Shown: in pieces, positions 58,548 to 64,000 of the stretch
Layout of the letters: each line of letters begins with the position of its first letter
Numbering within the stretch: the stretch's first letter is position 1
From: Reclinomonas americana ATCC 50394
Taxonomy: Eukaryota
Direction of reading: 5' to 3'
NCBI GenBank assembly: GCA_048213135.1
Contig: PS015010.1
Coordinates: forward strand, 1,860,001-1,924,000
Length of the DNA: 64,000 nt
Notes under the pieces: generated by a model
Told to the model about the DNA's origin: nothing
What the model saw: the letters and a program-made list of their open reading frames with translations, nothing else
Databases searched by the model: none
Translations under genes and position numbers: made by a program

Positions 58548-60737
58548 TTATTGCAATGGACGTTCATCGTACCATACCGCATAAGGGCCTGTCCAGTTTA
58601 TTATTTTTCCTTCTGTATTGATACTGTGTGGCTGCTTGCTGAAATCTTTATTGCACTGCACAACCAGTATTTTTTTATCTCCAAGCGAAACCCGCACAAC
58701 GCTGTAGTCCGCATCATTACGCAACAGGTCAATCTTTGTTACAGTGGGATACGCGTTGGAAGAGAATTCTATTACGGGGTCAAACTTCCCGTGTATCTCG
58801 ATCACATTCACAAAACTGGTATTACTTCCTTTTTTGCGTATGATATAGGCCGGTTCCCTGCGCAGGTTGAAATTAGGATCACCAGCGCCGGTGCGGGTGA
58901 AGAGAATACGGGTAGAGTCATCTGTCAGTGAACTCAGGGTATAATATGTTCTGCCGTTAAGAAAAGTGAATTGTGTTAATGGCGCACTGATCGATGCTTC
59001 CGCTTCTTTCCACAGATACTGGTAGCCGTTCTTTTTACCCAATGCTTCCTGTTTGCTGGTAGCTGCATCATACTTGAAAGAGGTATTGATCAGCTGTCCG
59101 TTGTATTGGAAAGGCAGATCGTACTGGTGTGGATCAGCTGATGCAGCGTTGAAAATATCAACAACAATCTTCCTGGCATCAGGAAGTTGTATACTGTAGA
59201 AAGTGCGTTGCAAACCCACACCGGGATAAGCGTTCGTTTCCGCAGCGCTTATTACCTGCACTGCTTTGCCATCAATATTGCTGAATAATTTATCGGAATG
59301 ATACTTCTCCCCTTTCGCTTCATCTCCGCCAAACTGGCTGGCTTCATCCACTACAATCGTATTGTGGGCAATGGTTTGACAAGCATACTTCGTATTCTCC
59401 GGCAGGTAACGTCCACCATACTTCTGCTCTACACCTATAAATCGTACAGAACCATAATCGGTGAATATTTCATTGCCTTTATCAAAAAGATTGAAATTGA
59501 GTTTATCAAAATGACCATGCGATAAACCATGCGAACTGTATTTTACAATAAGCGTGGTAAGATCGGCACCCTTGCCATTGCGTAAAAGACTAATACCTCC
59601 TTCATCTCCTTTTGCGCCATCCACGAATTCAACGGAACGGTAAGGATAATAAAGAGGAATATTTTTCTCGGTAGTCAACGCTGCTGCGATGGAAGCCCCA
59701 CCTTTGTGAATGATGACCCGGTCCTGCTTCTTAGCGACAGGAAGCAATCCTTTATCAGCTCCGTATACATCCCAGGCTATATCCAGTGCTGTTACCAGTT
59801 CATTGCTGGTGTAATCTTTTTCTTTCAGCGCATCGTTGATCGGGAAGAAAGTGCCATTAAGATTAGTTTGCTGCAAACCGGCGAGCAGGGCCTTTTGCAG
59901 GATGCTGCCTCGGTGTTTGAATATACCCAGTTCCGGCCTGGCGTGGTTCAGCGCATTGGCAAACAAATAATAAGGCAGTATGGCATACCGTAGATAGTAA
60001 GGACCTTCTGTATAATAACCATCAGGAGAGAACAGGCCATTCATCTGGGCGATGAAGCCCGACTTGCCGTCTTTTTCTGTACCGTACAAAGCCATATCCA
60101 CATAATCTTTATTACCGGTAGCAATACCTACGATACCCACACCTGCACAGGCCCATACACCATGGTTGTGAATGAGGTTGAACCAGCCTTTCAGGTCTTT
60201 GGTGAAATAGTCCACTTCAGGTTTGAAAGCACCGTCTTCGATTGTTTTTCTTTCTTCCGCGGTAAAACTTTTGTACACGAGATCGTAAGCCATACCCGTA
60301 TACACCAGCCAGTTGGCATCATTCAATGCCTGCCAGAAAATGTGGCCTGGCGAACTGCTGGTAGCCTGCGGATGTTTTTTAAGTTGCGGGTTCAGTACCG
60401 CATATTTCAGCAGCATACTTTTTACCAGCGTTGCATAACGGGCATCGCCGGTAAGGTTATACAGGATGCCGCTGTTGAACATGAGCATGTAATTGCTCTT
60501 ATGCTTGTCGTGTGTATAACCGCCTGCGGGATCTTTCGGAAAAGGCACATCAACATCTTTGCCCAGCCATACATCCACATCTTTTTTGATGTCGTCGAAG
60601 GAGGCTTTGAGCAAAGGATATTTGTTTACATCCTTTTTGATAAAGGCCGCGTCTGCGCCCGTAAAAAAAGTAACAGGATGCTGTGCCTGCGACATCGCAG
60701 ACAGTAATAGCAGGTTGATTAAAAGAAGAAAACGCAA
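58548..60737 (-). CDS. Oligo-alginate lyase, PL17-like (Alginate_lyase + Hepar_II_III domains)
   Basis: PKDPAGGYTHD.H, FWQALND, IHNHGVW, PDGYYTEGPYY.RY, HGHFDKL, KYGGRYLPEN. Confidence 0.88.
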   Translation of the reverse strand: MRFLLLINLLLLSAMSQAQHPVTFFTGADAAFIKKDVNKYPLLKASFDDIKKDVDVWLGKDVDVPFPKDPAGGYTHDKHKSNYMLMFNSGILYNLTGDARYATLVKSMLLKYAVLNPQLKKHPQATSSSPGHIFWQALNDANWLVYTGMAYDLVYKSFTAEERKTIEDGAFKPEVDYFTKDLKGWFNLIHNHGVWACAGVGIVGIATGNKDYVDMALYGTEKDGKSGFIAQMNGLFSPDGYYTEGPYYLRYAILPYYLFANALNHARPELGIFKHRGSILQKALLAGLQQTNLNGTFFPINDALKEKDYTSNELVTALDIAWDVYGADKGLLPVAKKQDRVIIHKGGASIAAALTTEKNIPLYYPYRSVEFVDGAKGDEGGISLLRNGKGADLTTLIVKYSSHGLSHGHFDKLNFNLFDKGNEIFTDYGSVRFIGVEQKYGGRYLPENTKYACQTIAHNTIVVDEASQFGGDEAKGEKYHSDKLFSNIDGKAVQVISAAETNAYPGVGLQRTFYSIQLPDARKIVVDIFNAASADPHQYDLPFQYNGQLINTSFKYDAATSKQEALGKKNGYQYLWKEAEASISAPLTQFTFLNGRTYYTLSSLTDDSTRILFTRTGAGDPNFNLRREPAYIIRKKGSNTSFVNVIEIHGKFDPVIEFSSNAYPTVTKIDLLRNDADYSVVRVSLGDKKILVVQCNKDFSKQPHSINTEGKIINWTGPYAVWYDERPLQ

Positions 60738-60757
60738 GTCAATCGTATTTTAATTGG

Positions 60758-61513
60758 TTAAACGAAATAGGAACCGCCGTTGATCTCCACGCTCTCTCCG
60801 TTGATGAACGAAGCGCCATCGCCGGCGAGGTACATCACCAGGTCGGCCACTTCGCCTGCCTGGCCTTCCCTGCGCAATGGCGTGGAAGCCGCTACATTGG
60901 CCCTGATCTCTGGTTTGGTGAACGTATCGTGGAAAGTGGTATTGATCATACCGGGTGAAACGCAGTTGACCCTGATGCCTTTAGGGCCCAGTTCCTTAGC
61001 CAATCCGCGTGTAAGTGTGAGCACAGCGCCTTTGGCTGTGGCATAGGCCAGCGCACCACCACCACCGCCATCGCGTGCCGCCTGTGAAGCGAAGTTCACA
61101 ATAGCACCACCCGATGTCATATGCGGCACAGTGGCCTGTGTAACGAGGTAAGCCGATTTTACATTTACATTCATAACGCTGTCCCAGAAGGCTTCGTCCA
61201 GTTCGGCCAGGGGCTTACGGCCCATGATACCGCCGGCGACATTTACAAGGACATGAATAGTATCCCCATACGCTGCAACACAGGCGTCAATTACTTTTTT
61301 CACATCAGCGGCTTTCGTCATATCTCCCTGCACCGCGATAGCTTCTCCGCCATTATTCTTAATCATGTCCAGCGTTTCGTTGGCCTGCACTTCATTACCG
61401 AAGTAATTAAAGCAGACTTTCGCTCCTGCCGCGGCGAGTTTTAAAGATACCTGCCTGCCAATATCCCGGGCCCCACCCGTTACGATCGCTGTTTTTCCTT
61501 TCATCATTGTCAT
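60758..61513 (-). CDS. SDR oxidoreductase, probable DEH reductase
   Basis: TGGARDIG, YATAK, SPGMI.T.FHD.F; alginate-locus context. Confidence 0.85.
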   Translation of the reverse strand: MTMMKGKTAIVTGGARDIGRQVSLKLAAAGAKVCFNYFGNEVQANETLDMIKNNGGEAIAVQGDMTKAADVKKVIDACVAAYGDTIHVLVNVAGGIMGRKPLAELDEAFWDSVMNVNVKSAYLVTQATVPHMTSGGAIVNFASQAARDGGGGGALAYATAKGAVLTLTRGLAKELGPKGIRVNCVSPGMINTTFHDTFTKPEIRANVAASTPLRREGQAGEVADLVMYLAGDGASFINGESVEINGGSYFV

Positions 61514-61694
61514 GAATTGTGTATGTTTTATACGTATACTGAATTGAAACTGTTGAACTCACCGCTATTGTAACAAGAAGCAACTGCTTAATCACCATTT
61601 TTTATGAGGGTATGGCCGGTGGTTGGACGAGCGTTTTTCGCAGCAATAGCAAGTTTCGTCATGTAATATTAGTTCCATTTTCCGCAGCGGAATT

Positions 61695-61819
61695 CCGGTA
61701 ACGATTTTAAAAAATTCTAATTATTGCGCAATATTGATGAATAAATATTAAGAAACAGCACTGAAAATAATAGTCACATAAAATTTTATCTCCGGGAACG
61801 ATACCGGTAACGCTACCGG
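61695..61819. promoter_or_regulatory. Putative LacI-family operators in the divergent intergenic region
   Basis: CCGGTAACGATT (61695), plus overlapping CG-centred palindromes CCGGGAACGATACCGG (61792) and CCGGTAACGCTACCGG (61804). Confidence 0.65.
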
Positions 61820-61865
61820 TAATCCCGTAAATCCCTTTGTTTTAGCTTTACGGAAAACTTGCTAG

Positions 61866-62903
61866 ATGAATAAACCGGCCACGATAAAAGACATTGCCCG
61901 GATATTGAAAGTATCCACATCCACAGTATCGAGAGCCCTGCGTGACGCTCATGATGTAAGCAAGGAAACCAAGAACGCGGTGCTGGCTTTGTCGGATGAA
62001 CTCAATTATCAACCCAATAAATTCGCACTCAGTCTCCAGCAAAAACAAACACACACGATCGGTGTGATTGTTCCCAATCTCGATTACGTATTGTCCACCA
62101 TGGTTAAGGGTATCGATGAGGTTGCGCTGGAAGCCGGTTACACCGTAATGGTTTGCCAGAGTAATGAATCGTTCGGCCGGGAGATCGTCAATACAAGACG
62201 TTTATCCGATAGCCTGGTGGATGGTTTCATCGTTTCCGTGTCAAGTGAAACCAAAGTATTCGATCACCTGAAAAAGATACAACAGAAGAACATGCCCATG
62301 GTTTTGTTCGACAGGCTTACACCCGATTTAGTAGCGCCTGGTGTTGAACTCGACAATACCGACGGTGGCTTCCAGGCGACAGAACACCTGATAGAACAAG
62401 GCTACCGCCGCATTGCGATACTGGCCGGGCCAAAAAATCTTGGCATCAGTAATGACAGGATGGAAGGTTACCTGAAAGCACTGAAGAAATACAAGATCCG
62501 CATCGATCCCGATCTTATTATTCATTGCGACTTCAACCAGCAATACGCTTACCTGGCTACACAGGAACTGTTGTCCATGAAAAAGAGGCCCGATGCTATT
62601 TTCACCATCAGTGACCGTATGGCGATTGGCGCCATGCTGGCGATCAAAGAGAAAGGATTAAAAATGCCCGCCGATATTGGCCTGGTAGGATTCAACAATG
62701 AACCTGTTACCAGCCTGGTGAGCCCGTCTATCTCCAGTGTTGACCAGCCTGCCTTCGAACTGGGCAAGATAGCGGCGAAACTGTTCGTGGAAATGATGCA
62801 CAATAACGATGACATGAGTCATATCAAGGAAATCCTGAAACCTAAATTATTCATCAGGGAATCTTCACAAAGGATACCCGTTAAAAACGGAAGGACAAAA
62901 TAA
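61866..62903 (+). CDS. LacI-family transcriptional regulator
   Basis: TIKDIARILKVSTSTVSRAL; periplasmic-binding-type effector domain. Confidence 0.95.
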   Translation: MNKPATIKDIARILKVSTSTVSRALRDAHDVSKETKNAVLALSDELNYQPNKFALSLQQKQTHTIGVIVPNLDYVLSTMVKGIDEVALEAGYTVMVCQSNESFGREIVNTRRLSDSLVDGFIVSVSSETKVFDHLKKIQQKNMPMVLFDRLTPDLVAPGVELDNTDGGFQATEHLIEQGYRRIAILAGPKNLGISNDRMEGYLKALKKYKIRIDPDLIIHCDFNQQYAYLATQELLSMKKRPDAIFTISDRMAIGAMLAIKEKGLKMPADIGLVGFNNEPVTSLVSPSISSVDQPAFELGKIAAKLFVEMMHNNDDMSHIKEILKPKLFIRESSQRIPVKNGRTK

Positions 62904-62909
62904 CCACGC

Positions 62910-64000
62910 ATGAAAAAAATCTTCTTCCTGGCCTGTGGCCTCTTCGTCAGTCTTGCCTGCCTCTGTAATACCATACTGGTAAAAAATATAGAAGAACTGA
63001 AAAAAGCCAACAGCACGGCCGCTCCGGGCGATATTGTTGTATTGCAGAACGGGAACTGGAGCAACGTCCGCATACTGCTTACCGCCAGCGGTACCGCTGA
63101 CCAGCCCATCACTTTTAAAGCACAAACACCGGGTAAGGTATTCATCACCGGCAATTCTTTTCTCAAAATTGGCGGTAATTACCTGGTTGTTGAAGGGCTT
63201 TATTTCCGTGATGGTTTTGCGGGGGACAATCCCGTGATCGATTTTCGTGTCGACAAAAAACAACTCGCCAATAATTGCCGGGTGACTAATACGGTTATCG
63301 AGTCTTTCAATAATCCCAAACGGATGGATGAGAATTACTGGATACAATTCTACGGCAAACGCAACCGGATCGACCATTGCAGCTTCAGCGGCAAACTCAA
63401 CATGGGCGTACTTCTTGCTGTAATTCTCGACGACGAGCGCAGCCGGGAAAATTTCCACTCCATCGATCACAACTATTTTGGTCAACGCCTGCCGCTGGCA
63501 TCCAATTCAGGAGAGATCATGCGTGTAGGCGTGTCGCAGCATTGCGAATTCAATTCCAATACACAGATCACGGATAATTATTTCGAGCACTGCGATGGCG
63601 AGACAGAGATCGTGTCCATCAAATCCTGCAGTAATGTAGTGCGCAACAACCTGTTCAAAGAATGCCAGGGCGGTGTAGTGCTGCGGCACGGCAACTATAA
63701 TACAGTTGAGAACAACATCTTCCTGGGTAATAATAAAGAAGGTACCGGCGGCGTGAGGGTCATCAATAAAGGGCAGTGGGTGGTGAACAACCTGTTTTAT
63801 GAATGCCGCGGTGTTGGGTTCCGTTCACCTTTAAGTATTATGAATGGCGTTCCTAATTCGCCTGCACACCGTTATGTAGCGGTTACTGAAGCCGTGATCG
63901 CCAACAACAGTTTTGTGAATTGTACACCCATCAGTCTTTGCGAAGGCAGCGATACGGAAAGAAGTGTGATCCCTTCGAGAGTGTTCTTCGGTAAAAATAT
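62910..64000 (+). CDS. PL6 alginate lyase (chondroitinase-B fold), truncated by the window end and absent from the ORF track
   Basis: Manual translation MKKIFFLACG...PGDIVVLQNG...NSGEIMRVGVS...CDGETEIVSIKS...LRHG. Confidence 0.88.
   Translation, partial: MKKIFFLACGLFVSLACLCNTILVKNIEELKKANSTAAPGDIVVLQNGNWSNVRILLTASGTADQPITFKAQTPGKVFITGNSFLKIGGNYLVVEGLYFRDGFAGDNPVIDFRVDKKQLANNCRVTNTVIESFNNPKRMDENYWIQFYGKRNRIDHCSFSGKLNMGVLLAVILDDERSRENFHSIDHNYFGQRLPLASNSGEIMRVGVSQHCEFNSNTQITDNYFEHCDGETEIVSIKSCSNVVRNNLFKECQGGVVLRHGNYNTVENNIFLGNNKEGTGGVRVINKGQWVVNNLFYECRGVGFRSPLSIMNGVPNSPAHRYVAVTEAVIANNSFVNCTPISLCEGSDTERSVIPSRVFFGKN

Overview
Chromosomal window from a Bacteroidota genome. Chitinophagaceae-like by inference from TAnnTTTG promoters, a SusC/SusD pair and T9SS-sorted proteins. 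Positions 1-33.5 kb are mostly housekeeping: a TPP-riboswitch-controlled TonB receptor, ddl, ferredoxin/acyl-CoA reductase, HtrA, GH13, ispH, cmk, clpC, rnz and dapA. Within this lies an unusual cluster at 15.5-26 kb: a giant SdrD-B/T9SS surface protein, a MauG/MbnH-type di-heme enzyme, a copper-amine-oxidase-fold lipoprotein that keeps the TPQ-precursor Tyr but appears to lack all three Cu-binding His, and a beta-propeller-like lipoprotein. The accessory region at 33.6-42.7 kb holds two iteron-like palindromic repeat arrays, an XRE regulator, an integrase-less array of three AT-rich gene cassettes bounded by long attC-like sites, a toxin-like HEXXH lipoprotein and a frameshifted esterase. Positions 44.5-64 kb are a polyuronate (alginate/glucuronan) utilisation locus with two esterases, SusCD, four lyases, KdgF, an SDR, an MFS transporter and LacI. 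All family assignments come from motif recognition by eye; no searches were run.
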